NCBI GenBank assembly: GCA_007117465.1
Contig: SKGK01000053.1
Span: forward strand, 20,740 to 84,739
DNA: 64,000 nucleotides
Direction: 5' to 3'
DNA from: Clostridia bacterium
Lineage (GTDB): Bacteria; Bacillota; Clostridia; SK-Y3
In this document: in pieces, positions 1 through 10,418 of the stretch
Layout of the letters: each line of letters opens with the position of its first letter
Position numbering within the stretch: the stretch's first letter is position 1
Program-made: the position numbers and the translations under genes
The notes under the pieces: model-generated
The model's input: only the letters and a program-made list of their open reading frames with translations
Database searches by the model: none
Told to the model about the DNA's origin: nothing

Positions 1-2
1 AG

Positions 3-1544
3 ATTGAAGCATTTGAGCCACAGGAATATTGGACGCTTACAGCGACACTAAAAGATGCTAAGTCAAAACAAAGTTTTGAAGCAAAGTTTCATGGTAATAA
101 AAAAGGAAAAATAAAACTTGATGATAAAGAGAGTACCGATAAGATTATCAGTGAACTTAAAGATGCCGTATATAGCATTGGAAAAGTAAAAGTAGGACAA
201 CGAAAAAAGACACCAGCGCCTCCTTTTATTACGAGTACCATTCAGCAAGAGGCTTCACGTAAATTTGGATTCACAGCAAAAAGAACTATGATGGCAGCAC
301 AACAATTATATGAAGGTGTAGATATAGAAGGGGAAGGCACCGTTGGATTAATTACCTATATGCGTACCGATTCGATACGCATTTCTTCAGAAGCACAGAC
401 CAATGCACTTGAATTTATAGCTCAGCGTTATGGCAAAGATTATGTACCAAGCAAGCCAAGGCAATATCGTAGTAAAAAAAATTCTCAAGATGCGCATGAG
501 GCTATTAGGCCGAGTATTGTCACCTTGACACCCGATAGAATTAAAGATTCTTTAAAAAGAGATCAATATAGGCTCTATAAGCTCATATGGGAGCGTTTTT
601 TGGCCAGTCAAATGGAAGATGCGTTGTATGATACATTAAATATTGATATTCACGCAAAAGATTATCTTTTCAAAGCATCTGGGTCTAAAATAAAATTTGA
701 TGGATTTATGGTGCTATACATTGAAGGAACTGATGATGAAGAGGCGCAAAGTGAAGGGGATATTCCGTTGTTACAAGAAGGACAGCAAGTAAATCTTCAA
801 AAATTGCTGCCCAAACAGCATTTTACGCAGCCACCACCAAGGTATACCGAGGCGACACTTGTTAAAACTTTAGAAGAAAAGGGGATTGGTCGTCCAAGTA
901 CTTACGCGCCTACTATTACGACTATTATTGCCCGTGGTTATGTAGAAAGGGAGAAGAAGCAACTCATTCCTACAGAGCTGGGTATTATTATTACTGATTT
1001 AATGAAAAATCATTTTAAAGATATTGTAGATATTGCTTTTACGGCCAATATGGAGCAAGAGTTAGATGAAATTGAGGAAGGAAAAGAAGAATGGGTTGAA
1101 GTCCTAAAACGCTTTTATAACCCATTTGCACATACACTAAAAGAGGCAGAAGAACAAATAGGAGATATAGAAATTCAAGATGAAGAGACCGATGTTCAGT
1201 GTGAAAAATGTGGTAGAAATATGGTAATCAAACATGGCAGGTACGGCAAATTTATGGCTTGTCCTGGTTTTCCAGAGTGTCGAAATGCCAAACCGATTTT
1301 TGAAGAAGCGGGTGTGGATTGTCCGCTGTGCAAAGGAAAAGTATATATTAAAAAAAGTCGCAAAGGGAAAAAGTATTATGGGTGTGAAAATTATCCAACA
1401 TGTACATTGATGACATGGGATATGCCAACTGGTGAAAAATGTCCGCAATGTGAATCGGTGTTAGTAAAAAAAGCAACCAAAAAAGCGAGCACCATAAAAT
1501 GTAATAACAAAGAATGTAATTATGAGAGGAGTATAAAAGAGTGA
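3..1544 (+). CDS. topA: DNA topoisomerase I, C-terminal 513 codons (5' end lies off-window)
   Basis: Frame is open from nt 3 ([12 protein letters not shown]...), upstream of the ORF-track Met at 288. It has type IA topoisomerase core motifs ([43 protein letters not shown]). The C-terminus carries repeated CxxC...CxxC zinc-ribbon modules. Confidence 0.95.
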   Translation: MEAFEPQEYWTLTATLKDAKSKQSFEAKFHGNKKGKIKLDDKESTDKIISELKDAVYSIGKVKVGQRKKTPAPPFITSTIQQEASRKFGFTAKRTMMAAQQLYEGVDIEGEGTVGLITYMRTDSIRISSEAQTNALEFIAQRYGKDYVPSKPRQYRSKKNSQDAHEAIRPSIVTLTPDRIKDSLKRDQYRLYKLIWERFLASQMEDALYDTLNIDIHAKDYLFKASGSKIKFDGFMVLYIEGTDDEEAQSEGDIPLLQEGQQVNLQKLLPKQHFTQPPPRYTEATLVKTLEEKGIGRPSTYAPTITTIIARGYVEREKKQLIPTELGIIITDLMKNHFKDIVDIAFTANMEQELDEIEEGKEEWVEVLKRFYNPFAHTLKEAEEQIGDIEIQDEETDVQCEKCGRNMVIKHGRYGKFMACPGFPECRNAKPIFEEAGVDCPLCKGKVYIKKSRKGKKYYGCENYPTCTLMTWDMPTGEKCPQCESVLVKKATKKASTIKCNNKECNYERSIKE

Positions 1545-2839
1545 TAGTAAAAGTAGTAGGAGCTGGTTTGGCAGGCTGCGAGGCAGCCTGGCAAATAGCG
1601 AATAGAGGTATAAAAGTTCATTTATATGAGATGAAACCTCAAGAACAAACACCGGCACATCATTTGCCATATTTTGCAGAGCTAGTATGTAGCAATTCAT
1701 TGCGTTCAGATCAGCTTGAAAATGCGGTTGGTCTATTAAAAGAAGAAATGAGAAGGCTAGATTCTCTCATAATTGCATGCGCAGATGAGACAAGAGTACC
1801 AGCGGGAGGCGCCTTAGCAGTAGATCGTGAACATTTTTCTAAAATGGTTACAGATAAAATTTGTGCACATGAAAACATTTGTGTAAAACAGGAAGAAATA
1901 AAGGAAGTTCCACAAAATGAATTTGCCATCATTGCTACAGGGCCGCTTACGGCAGATGCATTAGCGGAAGATATAAAAGCGTTTGCAGGACAAGCATCAC
2001 TTTATTTTTATGATGCAGCAGCTCCTATTGTTGAAAAAGAAACGATTGATTTTTCCAAAGCTTTTAAAGCAGCGAGATACGATAGAGGAGAGGCAGATTA
2101 TATCAATTGCCCAATGACTCAGCAAGAATATGAGAACTTTTATGAAGCACTTATCAGTGCCCAAACAGCAGATTTAAAATGCTTTGAAAAACAAGTGATA
2201 TTTGAAGGATGCATGCCGATCGAAGTAATGGCAAAAAGAGGGATGCAGACACTATCTTTTGGACCACTAAAGCCTGTAGGATTAAAAGATCCTAGAACAG
2301 GCAAACAACCGTATGCCGTTGTACAGCTAAGACAGGATAATGCAGAAGGAACGCTTTATAATATGGTAGGATTTCAAACACATTTAAAGTGGGGAGAGCA
2401 AAAAAGAGTATTTAATATGATACCAGGATTAGAAAATGCTGAGTTTGTACGTTATGGTGTTATGCACCGCAACACATACATCAATTCACCTAGGTTACTC
2501 AATGCTGCATATCAATGCATACGCCAACCTAAGGTGTTTTTTGCTGGGCAAATAACGGGTGTAGAGGGGTATGTAGAGTCTGCTTCATCAGGATTAATGG
2601 CAGGTATCAATATAGCTAAAGCAGTAAAAAACGAAGAGGTTGTCTTTTTCCCAAAAGAAACAGCCATTGGGGCATTAAGTCACTATATTGCCAATGGGAG
2701 CATTAGCGATTTTCAACCCATGAATGTTAATTATGGTCTCATGCCACAACTAACTCAAAAAATCCGGAAAAAGCGCGAAAAAAATGCGAAGATTGCGCAA
2801 AGATCCTTAGATATACTGAGTGCTACGTTTTTGACATAG
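1541..2839 (+). CDS. trmFO: Methylenetetrahydrofolate--tRNA-(uracil-5-)-methyltransferase (Gid/TrmFO)
   Basis: N-terminal FAD dinucleotide-binding fold ([16 protein letters not shown]) and full-length TrmFO-like sequence. The GTG start overlaps the topA stop (GTGA). topA-trmFO adjacency matches B. subtilis. Confidence 0.93.
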   Translation: MIVKVVGAGLAGCEAAWQIANRGIKVHLYEMKPQEQTPAHHLPYFAELVCSNSLRSDQLENAVGLLKEEMRRLDSLIIACADETRVPAGGALAVDREHFSKMVTDKICAHENICVKQEEIKEVPQNEFAIIATGPLTADALAEDIKAFAGQASLYFYDAAAPIVEKETIDFSKAFKAARYDRGEADYINCPMTQQEYENFYEALISAQTADLKCFEKQVIFEGCMPIEVMAKRGMQTLSFGPLKPVGLKDPRTGKQPYAVVQLRQDNAEGTLYNMVGFQTHLKWGEQKRVFNMIPGLENAEFVRYGVMHRNTYINSPRLLNAAYQCIRQPKVFFAGQITGVEGYVESASSGLMAGINIAKAVKNEEVVFFPKETAIGALSHYIANGSISDFQPMNVNYGLMPQLTQKIRKKREKNAKIAQRSLDILSATFLT

Positions 2840-3049
2840 GTCTTATTACCTATAGGCATAGGGAAGATTTATTATATACAAGATAATGATAAAAATTTAC
2901 AATAAATGATAAGGACTATATTTTTCTTTATTATTTTATTTTTTTGTGTAAAAAACATGAAGTTTTGAAGGAAAATACGATTTTATGTCGAATATATTCT
3001 ATAAAGCGAATTATGCAATCATGAAGAAAACAAAGACAGGAGTGAGAAC

Positions 3050-3460
3050 ATGATTTCTAGCGTATTTCAAGATATGAAGGTGCTTGAGAGAGCTTTAGAT
3101 GCATCAGTTTTAAGAAACCAAGCGGCTTCAAACAATTTAGCGAATGTAGATACACCGAATTATAAGAGACAAGTAGTTAAATTCGAAAGTTTTTTAGCAC
3201 AAGCATTAGATACAAGAAAGTTAAAAACATATACAACACATAAAAAACATGTTTCGACAAGGCAAAATAATGTAAATGATGTTTCAATTAAAATTAGTAG
3301 AGATAACGCTGAAAATCATATGCGTGTAGATGGCAATAATGTAGATATTGACGCTGAGATGACTTTGCTCTCTAAAAATAATATTTATTACAATGCGTTA
3401 ATAGGTCAATTATCTAAAAAACTAGATGTTATTCAAAATACGATTACGCAAGTAAAGTAA
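3050..3460 (+). CDS. flgB: Flagellar basal-body rod protein FlgB
   Basis: Rod-protein N-terminal motif (NNLANVDTPNYKRQ). GGAG RBS about 7 nt upstream. First gene of the flagellar cluster. Confidence 0.93.
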   Translation: MISSVFQDMKVLERALDASVLRNQAASNNLANVDTPNYKRQVVKFESFLAQALDTRKLKTYTTHKKHVSTRQNNVNDVSIKISRDNAENHMRVDGNNVDIDAEMTLLSKNNIYYNALIGQLSKKLDVIQNTITQVK

Positions 3461-3555
3461 TGCAGTAGACAGTTGGTCAGTTGGATAGGGATACAAACAC
3501 TGCGAGAGTGATTAGTAAGAATTGATAGTGAAGTGGATAATAAGGGGGAATATAA

Positions 3556-4014
3556 GTGTCATTTTTAAATGCTTTAGATATTAGTGCAAGCGGGCTCACT
3601 GCTCAAAGAGTAAGAATGGATTTGATTTCTCAAAATATTGCCAATGCAGATACTACACGAACAGAGAAAGGACAACCGTATCGCAGAAAAGTTGCAGTGT
3701 TTGAAGAGAGAGAAGCAAGACCTTCTTTTGCAGGTTATTTGTCTGAAAGCAGCAAAGCGATGATGCGTGCAGGCATTAATACGGTAGAAGGAGTTAGAGT
3801 AAAGCATATTACAGAGGACTTATCTCCTTTTAGACGTATACATAATCCAGCACACCCAGATGCAGACCAAGAAGGATATGTGTTAATGCCAAATGTAGAC
3901 GTAACAACTGAAATGGTAAATATGATTTCTGCTACACGGGCATATGAGGCTAATGTGGCAGCTGTTAATGCTACAAAAAGCATGGCAATGAAAGCATTGG
4001 AAATTGGAAGATAG
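3556..4014 (+). CDS. flgC: Flagellar basal-body rod protein FlgC
   Basis: FlgC signatures (ISASGLTAQRVRMDLISQNIANADTT; C-terminal EMVNMISATRAYEANV). GTG start behind an AAGGGGG RBS. Confidence 0.94.
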   Translation: MSFLNALDISASGLTAQRVRMDLISQNIANADTTRTEKGQPYRRKVAVFEEREARPSFAGYLSESSKAMMRAGINTVEGVRVKHITEDLSPFRRIHNPAHPDADQEGYVLMPNVDVTTEMVNMISATRAYEANVAAVNATKSMAMKALEIGR

Positions 4015-4035
4015 TAAATACTAGGGGGTACTTTA

Positions 4036-4335
4036 ATGAGAATAGAACCACTCGGTCAAATGGAAATGATACAAGGTAATGAATTCATAAAAAACAATGA
4101 TGCAAAGCAGGTTGTTGGATTTTCAGATTTTTTAAATCAGGCGTTAGAAAATGTCAATGCACTTGAGAAAAATGCTGATCATTCTAGGATGTTATTAGCC
4201 AGTGGCAAGATAGACAATCTTCATCAAGTGATGATTGATGCTGAAAAAGCAGCGATTGCTGTGCAATTTACAGTCCAAATAAGAAATAAAGTGATGGAAG
4301 CGTATAATGAAATTATGAGAATGCAAATAGGGTAA
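4036..4335 (+). CDS. fliE: Flagellar hook-basal body complex protein FliE
   Basis: 99 aa with a conserved FliE C-terminus (AEKAAIAVQFTVQIRNKVMEAYNEIMRMQI). Canonical position after flgC. Confidence 0.9.
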   Translation: MRIEPLGQMEMIQGNEFIKNNDAKQVVGFSDFLNQALENVNALEKNADHSRMLLASGKIDNLHQVMIDAEKAAIAVQFTVQIRNKVMEAYNEIMRMQIG

Positions 4336-4372
4336 TAAACAAAGTACTAAATATAGAGATTGAGGTGTGAAT

Positions 4373-5920
4373 ATGCCTGAACTATTGAATAAAATTCCAG
4401 AGCAGTTTAGGGAATTTTGGGGCAATATGGATAAAGGGAACAAGACAAAAACAGTTATATTATCTGCTTTTATATTTATAAGTATTGTGGTTGCCATTAT
4501 TATCATGACGAGTCCGCAATACCACACACTATTAGCGCACCCTGATCCTAGAGAGGCAAGAGAAGTAATAGAAGCACTAGAAAAGGCAAGAGTTGATTAC
4601 CAAGTTGATAATATGGGGTCTATTCAAGTTAAAAAGGGAGATGTTAATAGAGCAAATGCAGCAATGCTCCAAGAAGGGCTTCCAAGAGGTGGTGTGAGAC
4701 TTGCAGATTTCACAGTAGGTGGTTTAGGAACCACTAGTGAACAAGAGAGAAGAGGATATCAAGAATACAAAGAAAAACACTTAGAAGCTACACTTAGAGA
4801 GATGGATAGTATACGAAATGCAGTTGTAAAATTAAGTATGCCTGAAAGAAGTGTTTTTTTTGGTGGAGATGGTCAAAGAGCCAAGGCAAGTGTTGCAATT
4901 GACGCTTATTATGAATTAACACAGCAGCAGATTAAAGGTATCGAAAGATTTGTAGCGAGTGCAGTAGAAGACTTGGCACCTGAGGATGTTACCATTTTAG
5001 ATAACTATGCCAATATTTTAAATGATCAATCTGAAGATATGTTAGCTACCAACATTAACAGTCAGTTTGCATTAGAGCAAACGGTAAAGGTAGGGGTAGA
5101 AAAACAAGTAAAAGATTTGTTAATGGGACTTGCGGACAATGTGCGCGTAATGGCGAACTTAAATCTAGACTTTGATACATTAATCACTAATCAAGAGATA
5201 TACGAACCTGTGGTAGATGGACAAGGCATCATTCGTAGTAGGGAAGAAAGAAGAGAGTCAGCAACTAATACAAGCGCTGCAGGTGGTGTGCCAGGTACTG
5301 ACAGCAATATACCCAATTATCCAAATGAAGCAGGCGGGCAGACAGGAGAATTTAGGCTTTCTGATGAAGTGGTTAATTATGAGATAAATCGTACAGTTAC
5401 ACAGGCTACGAAGGCAATTGGAAAGCTCAATGAGCAGAGATCTTCCATAGCAGTAGCCATGTATTATACACAGTCACCACAACAAGCAGATGAAAATATT
5501 GCAAATGACGCGATTCCAAGGACTGAGATAGCAGACATTCAGCAGATGGTATCTGCAGCAACTGGTATACCAGTTCAAAATGTAACGGTGCAAATGCATG
5601 ATGTGATGACGCAACCAGCTGTGAGTGAACCTATAAATGTGATGCAATTAGTAGATCAATATGGGTATTTACTGCTGATATTGGTTATTATTACGCTACT
5701 TGCGATAGCAATTTTAAAAAGAAATAAAGATATACAAGATGAGCAGCTTCAGCCTGCAGGTGCAGGCCAGTTAAAAAGGCCATACAATGAAGATGAACTT
5801 TTAGACATTGATTTAGAAGAAAAATCGGAGGTAAAAAAACAAATTGACAAATTTGTTAAGCAAAAACCAGAGGCGGTTGCCCAGTTACTTAGGAATTGGT
5901 TGTCAGAAGATTGGGATTAG
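4373..5920 (+). CDS. fliF: Flagellar MS-ring protein FliF
   Basis: N-terminal TM segment, YscJ/FliF periplasmic domain, C-terminal TM and FliG-binding tail (QLLRNWLSED). ATG 4373 sits 6 nt after the GAGGTG RBS. The ORF-track GTG at 4367 lies inside that RBS. Confidence 0.93.
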   Translation: MPELLNKIPEQFREFWGNMDKGNKTKTVILSAFIFISIVVAIIIMTSPQYHTLLAHPDPREAREVIEALEKARVDYQVDNMGSIQVKKGDVNRANAAMLQEGLPRGGVRLADFTVGGLGTTSEQERRGYQEYKEKHLEATLREMDSIRNAVVKLSMPERSVFFGGDGQRAKASVAIDAYYELTQQQIKGIERFVASAVEDLAPEDVTILDNYANILNDQSEDMLATNINSQFALEQTVKVGVEKQVKDLLMGLADNVRVMANLNLDFDTLITNQEIYEPVVDGQGIIRSREERRESATNTSAAGGVPGTDSNIPNYPNEAGGQTGEFRLSDEVVNYEINRTVTQATKAIGKLNEQRSSIAVAMYYTQSPQQADENIANDAIPRTEIADIQQMVSAATGIPVQNVTVQMHDVMTQPAVSEPINVMQLVDQYGYLLLILVIITLLAIAILKRNKDIQDEQLQPAGAGQLKRPYNEDELLDIDLEEKSEVKKQIDKFVKQKPEAVAQLLRNWLSEDWD

Positions 5921-5979
5921 GCAGAATCAAATAGATAAAACAATAGATATCTAATAGCTCGTATAAAGGGGGGAGACTA

Positions 5980-6996
5980 TTGCCACGAGGAGTTAAAACA
6001 GATTTTGAAGGTAAAGAAAAGGCTGCAATGTTACTTATTGCGTTAGGTCCTGAAAAATCAGCACAAATTTTTAAACACTTAAAAGAAGAAGAAATAGAAC
6101 AATTAACGCTTGAGATAGCAAATATAAGAACAGTAACACCAGAAGACAAAGAAAAAGTACTAGGGGAATTTTATCAGATTTGTCTTGCCCAAGAATACAT
6201 TGCAGAGGGTGGTATCGGTTATGCTAAAGACATATTAGAGAAGGCTTTAGGCTCTCAAAAAGCAATGGAAGTTATCAATCGTTTGACAGTATCTTTGCAA
6301 GTGCGACCTTTTGATTTTGTACGCAAAGCAGATCCTAGCCAGTTGTTAAATTCTATACAAGGTGAGCATGCACAAACGATAGCACTTATTCTTGCATATT
6401 TACGTCCGCTGCAGTCGGCCAATCTGATATCTGCACTTCCACAAGACAAGCAAGCTGACGTTGCAAGGAGAATTGCTACCATGGATCGCACTTCACCAGA
6501 GGTTATAAAAGAAGTCGAGATTGTATTAGAAAAAAAATTATCTTCGTTTGTTACCGAAGATTATGCCACTGCAGGTGGCATACAGGCTATCGTTGACATT
6601 TTAAATTCTGTCGATCGTGGTACAGAAAAACATATTATAGAGACGCTTGAGATAGAAAATACAGACTTAGCAGAAGAAATCAAGAAAAGAATGTTTGTAT
6701 TTGATGATATTGTTACATTGGACAACCGTTCTATTCAACGTTTCTTAAGAGAAGTTGAAAATAATGAGCTAGCACTTGCATTAAAAGGTGCAAGTGGAGA
6801 AGTTCAAAAAATTATCTTTAGCAATATGTCTAAACGTTTGGCAGAAATGATTGGAGAAGACATGGAATTTATGGGTCCTGTTCGTTTAAGAGATGTAGAA
6901 GAATCGCAACAAAAAATGGTAAATATTATTCGCAAACTGGAAGATGCTGGTGAGATAGTCATTTCCAGAGGAGGAGGAGATGAAATCATTGTCTAG
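5980..6996 (+). CDS. fliG: Flagellar motor switch protein FliG
   Basis: Full-length FliG similarity (EKAAMLLIALGPEKSAQIF..., MFVFDDIVTLDNRSIQRFLREV). TTG start behind a GGGGGGA RBS. Confidence 0.95.
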   Translation: MPRGVKTDFEGKEKAAMLLIALGPEKSAQIFKHLKEEEIEQLTLEIANIRTVTPEDKEKVLGEFYQICLAQEYIAEGGIGYAKDILEKALGSQKAMEVINRLTVSLQVRPFDFVRKADPSQLLNSIQGEHAQTIALILAYLRPLQSANLISALPQDKQADVARRIATMDRTSPEVIKEVEIVLEKKLSSFVTEDYATAGGIQAIVDILNSVDRGTEKHIIETLEIENTDLAEEIKKRMFVFDDIVTLDNRSIQRFLREVENNELALALKGASGEVQKIIFSNMSKRLAEMIGEDMEFMGPVRLRDVEESQQKMVNIIRKLEDAGEIVISRGGGDEIIV

Positions 6997-7720
6997 GGTA
7001 ATGAAAGCAATGCAGATAAATGTTGGAGAGCCTTTGACAATTGAACACATAAGAAGGCAGATTATCAATGACCAAAAAAAATCTTCAAAGTCTGATGACT
7101 CTTTGGGGCAAGAAAGCCTAGACCAAACAAAACAACAAGTAAAAGAAATGCTTGAAGCTGCAAAAGAGAAAGCGCAGCACATCATAGATGAAGCGATGAA
7201 ACAGGCAGAGCAACTTAAAGCATCAGCCTTGCAACAAGCAAGAGAAGAAGGATATCAAAAAGGTCATCAAGAAATAAAAGAGCAAGCCGATGAGCTGTTA
7301 AGTGATGTAACGCGACTGCACCAAAAGGCGCAAGAAAAATACCAGACAGCACTAAAAGAAGCTGAAAAAGATATTATTAAAATGGTTTTAGACATTGCAC
7401 AAACCATATTAGGTGATGAAATCGAAAATAGGCAGCAAGCCATTGTTCTACTCGTTTCAAATACACTTATACAGTGCACCGAAGTTGAAACCGTTACCGT
7501 AAGAGTTTCACCAGATACATACGATACGGTAGACGCCTACAAAGAAGAGATTGCCAAAAAGGCTTCTTTTTCTGGAGAAATAATACTTAAAAAAGATGTA
7601 TCACTGCCGCGTGATGGATGTGTTGTTGAAACACCCGTTGGGAATATAGATGCAAGTATACATGTTCAACTGAAAGAAATTGAAAAAGCCTTCATGGAAG
7701 CATTTAGAAGTGCATCTTAA
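6980..7720 (+). CDS. fliH: Flagellar assembly/export protein FliH
   Basis: E/K/Q-rich coiled-coil N half plus a FliH-type C domain. Overlaps the fliG 3' end and directly precedes fliI, the conserved arrangement. Confidence 0.8.
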   Translation: MKSLSRVMKAMQINVGEPLTIEHIRRQIINDQKKSSKSDDSLGQESLDQTKQQVKEMLEAAKEKAQHIIDEAMKQAEQLKASALQQAREEGYQKGHQEIKEQADELLSDVTRLHQKAQEKYQTALKEAEKDIIKMVLDIAQTILGDEIENRQQAIVLLVSNTLIQCTEVETVTVRVSPDTYDTVDAYKEEIAKKASFSGEIILKKDVSLPRDGCVVETPVGNIDASIHVQLKEIEKAFMEAFRSAS

Positions 7721-7743
7721 TATAGAATTTATTTGAGTATGAA

Positions 7744-9084
7744 ATGAGTGATAGTATGAAAACTGCCATTAATTTTGATAAATATTATGATATTATACAC
7801 AACAAAAATCATGTGTGCTATTGGGGAAGAGTCTCACAAGTTGTAGGACTGACAATTGAAGCATGTGGCCCAGCAGTCAACATCGGAGAGCTTTGCTCCA
7901 TCCAGACAAGACGGGGCACAGCGCATATTATGGCAGAAGTGGTAGGATTTAAGCAGGATAAAATATTATTGATGCCTTTAGGTGAAATGAGTGGTATTGG
8001 TCCTGGCAGTTTAGTCTATGCAGTGGGATATCCGTTAAGTGTACAAGTAGGACAAGCACTAATTGGTAGGGTATTAGATGGATTAGGCAATCCAATTGAT
8101 GGGAAAGGACCACTATCTTGTGATTTACATTATCCTGTTCACAATGTACCGCCTCCACCCCTATCGCGTAAAAGAATAGATAGCATCCTGCCAATGGGCA
8201 TAAAGGCAGTTGATGGTTTACTTACAATAGGTAAGGGACAGCGTATTGGTATTTTTGCGGGAAGTGGTGTGGGTAAGAGCACACTTATGGGAATGATTGC
8301 TCGCAATACTCATGCAGATGTCAATGTTATTGCACTGATAGGAGAAAGAGGAAGAGAGGTTAGAGAATTTATAGAGAAGGATTTAAAAGAAGAAGGGGTA
8401 GCGCGTTCGGTTATTGTTGTAGCAACTTCTGACCAACCTGCGCTTATTCGTTTAAAGGGGGCCTTATTAGCAACATCGATTGCAGAATATTTTAGGGATG
8501 AAGGTAGTGATGTTGTTTTGTTAATGGATTCACTTACGCGTTTCGCAATGGCGCAGCGAGAAGTAGGCTTAGCGATTGGAGAACCTCCTGTATCTAGGGG
8601 ATATACACCTTCGGTTTTTGCACTACTTCCTAAGCTACTAGAGCGTGCAGGCAATTCGGACAAGGGTTCTATTACAGGCTTATATACAGTATTAGTAGAT
8701 GGTGATGATATGAATGAACCTGTTACCGATACAGCGAGAGGCATTTTAGATGGACACGTGATGCTATCTAGAAGTTTAGCCAACAAAAATCACTATCCAG
8801 CCATTGATGTTTTAGCTAGTATTAGTAGGGTAATGACAGATGTCGTTTTACCTGAACAGCAGCAATTAGCCAATAACATAAAGAAAGTAATGGCAGTCTA
8901 TAAGGAAGCAGAAGATTTGATTAATATTGGTGCATATGTAAAAGGGAGTAATGAAGAGATTGATTATGCGATTGATTGCATCAAAGACATTATTGCTTTT
9001 TTACAGCAGGAAGTACATGAGGGATTTACGTATCAGAAGGTATTAGATGAAATGAATAAGTTGCTCGAGCCACCAAAACAATAA
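7744..9084 (+). CDS. fliI: Flagellum-specific ATP synthase FliI
   Basis: Walker A GSGVGKST and Walker B VVLLMDSLTRFA. T3SS/F1-beta-like ATPase along its whole length. Confidence 0.97.
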   Translation: MSDSMKTAINFDKYYDIIHNKNHVCYWGRVSQVVGLTIEACGPAVNIGELCSIQTRRGTAHIMAEVVGFKQDKILLMPLGEMSGIGPGSLVYAVGYPLSVQVGQALIGRVLDGLGNPIDGKGPLSCDLHYPVHNVPPPPLSRKRIDSILPMGIKAVDGLLTIGKGQRIGIFAGSGVGKSTLMGMIARNTHADVNVIALIGERGREVREFIEKDLKEEGVARSVIVVATSDQPALIRLKGALLATSIAEYFRDEGSDVVLLMDSLTRFAMAQREVGLAIGEPPVSRGYTPSVFALLPKLLERAGNSDKGSITGLYTVLVDGDDMNEPVTDTARGILDGHVMLSRSLANKNHYPAIDVLASISRVMTDVVLPEQQQLANNIKKVMAVYKEAEDLINIGAYVKGSNEEIDYAIDCIKDIIAFLQQEVHEGFTYQKVLDEMNKLLEPPKQ

Positions 9085-9106
9085 AATCTAAAGGGGATGG
9101 AGTAAA

Positions 9107-9547
9107 ATGTCCGTTTTTCGATATCGACTTCAACCGATTTTGAGCATCAAAGAGCGTATGGAAGAACATGAGAAAAATAAATTAGGCAAAGAAATGAGAA
9201 AACTAGATCAAGAAGAAAAAAAGCTTCAGCATATTTATGGCAAACAACATAATTGTTTTGGCAATATTGTGGCAGAAAGCAATCAAGGCATACAAGCACA
9301 TAGACTTCAACAATATCAGTGCTACCTAACAGATATCAATCGCCAGTTAGATTACCAGACCGAGAATGTAGGAAAAGCTTCTAAAGATGTTGAGAAGCAA
9401 AGAGAGCAGCTAATAGAGGTAGCGAAAGAAAAAAAGATGTTAGAAGTATTAAGAGAGAAAAAAAGGCATGCGTTTATATATGAGCAAAACAAGCAGGAAG
9501 AAAAAAGAGTGGATGAACTTATCAGTTATAAATATACAAATAAGTAG
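9107..9547 (+). CDS. fliJ: Flagellar export chaperone-like protein FliJ
   Basis: 146-aa predicted coiled-coil protein immediately after fliI. Size, composition and position are typical, but this family is weakly conserved in sequence. Confidence 0.75.
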   Translation: MSVFRYRLQPILSIKERMEEHEKNKLGKEMRKLDQEEKKLQHIYGKQHNCFGNIVAESNQGIQAHRLQQYQCYLTDINRQLDYQTENVGKASKDVEKQREQLIEVAKEKKMLEVLREKKRHAFIYEQNKQEEKRVDELISYKYTNK

Positions 9548-9558
9548 GTGGGGGATAT

Positions 9559-10338
9559 ATGCCAGCAACACAGAAAACGATGACACCAAAAGACAAAAAG
9601 AAGAAAGGCTTAGGAGAAAATACTATTGTAAAATCATTATTAATTCTTGTTATCTTGATGCTGATAGCTTTACCTGCTTTACTTGTCAAATATGATATTA
9701 ACGGTATTGGTCAAAAAACAAGACCACTATTACAAGACATACCTTATGTACAGCAAATATTGCCGCCTAAACCTGATCCTGAAGACCCAACATATATGAG
9801 CAGACAGGAATTGTTTGATCGATATATCATCTATCAGTACGAATATGAACAAGCATATAATGAAGTGCAGCAGCTAAAGGCAGAACTTAGAAAGTTAGAA
9901 GAGATACAAAAAGAATATCACAAATTTGCACAATCGGTAGAACAGTTGAATCAAGATAGAATAGCGTTAGAAGAAGAAAGAGAACAACTCGAGCAAAACA
10001 AACAAAGTTTTTATAATGACATCAAAAACGAAGTACCAAAAGACTTTAGAGTATATTTTGAAACTATCGATAGAGAAACAGCAGAAAGGCTGTATGAAGA
10101 GATTTTAAAAGAAGAGAATGCAGATAAACAAATGCAAGCATATGCTTCTTATTATCAACGAATGGAAGCAGATACTGCAGCTAGAATATTTGAAGAAATG
10201 GGAAGTGCACAGATAGATTTGATTGTTGCAACAATTAAGGTTATGAACAGAAATGAAGCATCTGATATTATTGCAGCAATGGATATGCGATTTGCGGCAC
10301 GCATTACATCACGGCTATCAGAGGAATATTTAGAGTAG
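9559..10338 (+). CDS. Flagellar protein with MgtE_N/MotE-like C-terminal domain (B. subtilis YlxF position)
   Basis: N-terminal TM helix, long coiled coil, and C-terminal repeats resembling the MgtE intracellular N domain (AARIFEEMGSAQIDLIV...ASDIIAAMDMRFAARITSRL). Sits between fliJ and fliK, as ylxF does. Confidence 0.7.
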   Translation: MPATQKTMTPKDKKKKGLGENTIVKSLLILVILMLIALPALLVKYDINGIGQKTRPLLQDIPYVQQILPPKPDPEDPTYMSRQELFDRYIIYQYEYEQAYNEVQQLKAELRKLEEIQKEYHKFAQSVEQLNQDRIALEEEREQLEQNKQSFYNDIKNEVPKDFRVYFETIDRETAERLYEEILKEENADKQMQAYASYYQRMEADTAARIFEEMGSAQIDLIVATIKVMNRNEASDIIAAMDMRFAARITSRLSEEYLE

Positions 10339-10418
10339 AAAGTTGGATAGGCACATAGACGCTAAGCATTGTTTAGCGATTATGAATAGATAAAGGCATC
10401 TTGAAGGGAGGTGAAAAT

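Noticed and set aside
2840-3049. A c-di-GMP (GEMM-I) riboswitch or an invertible flagellar switch upstream of flgB, as in Clostridioides difficile.
   Set aside because: The conserved GEMM core sequences (for example ACGCAAAGC-type tracts) are absent. No pair of inverted repeats about 20 bp long brackets the region, and it is too short and AT-rich.
9468-9695. Alternative-frame + strand ORFs: 9468-9695, 10411-10689, 51460-51660 and 60955-61155.
   Set aside because: They overlap fliJ/ylxF-like, fliK, nusA and the M16 peptidase out of frame. They show no RBS or recognisable sequence features, and the overlapped genes account for the DNA.
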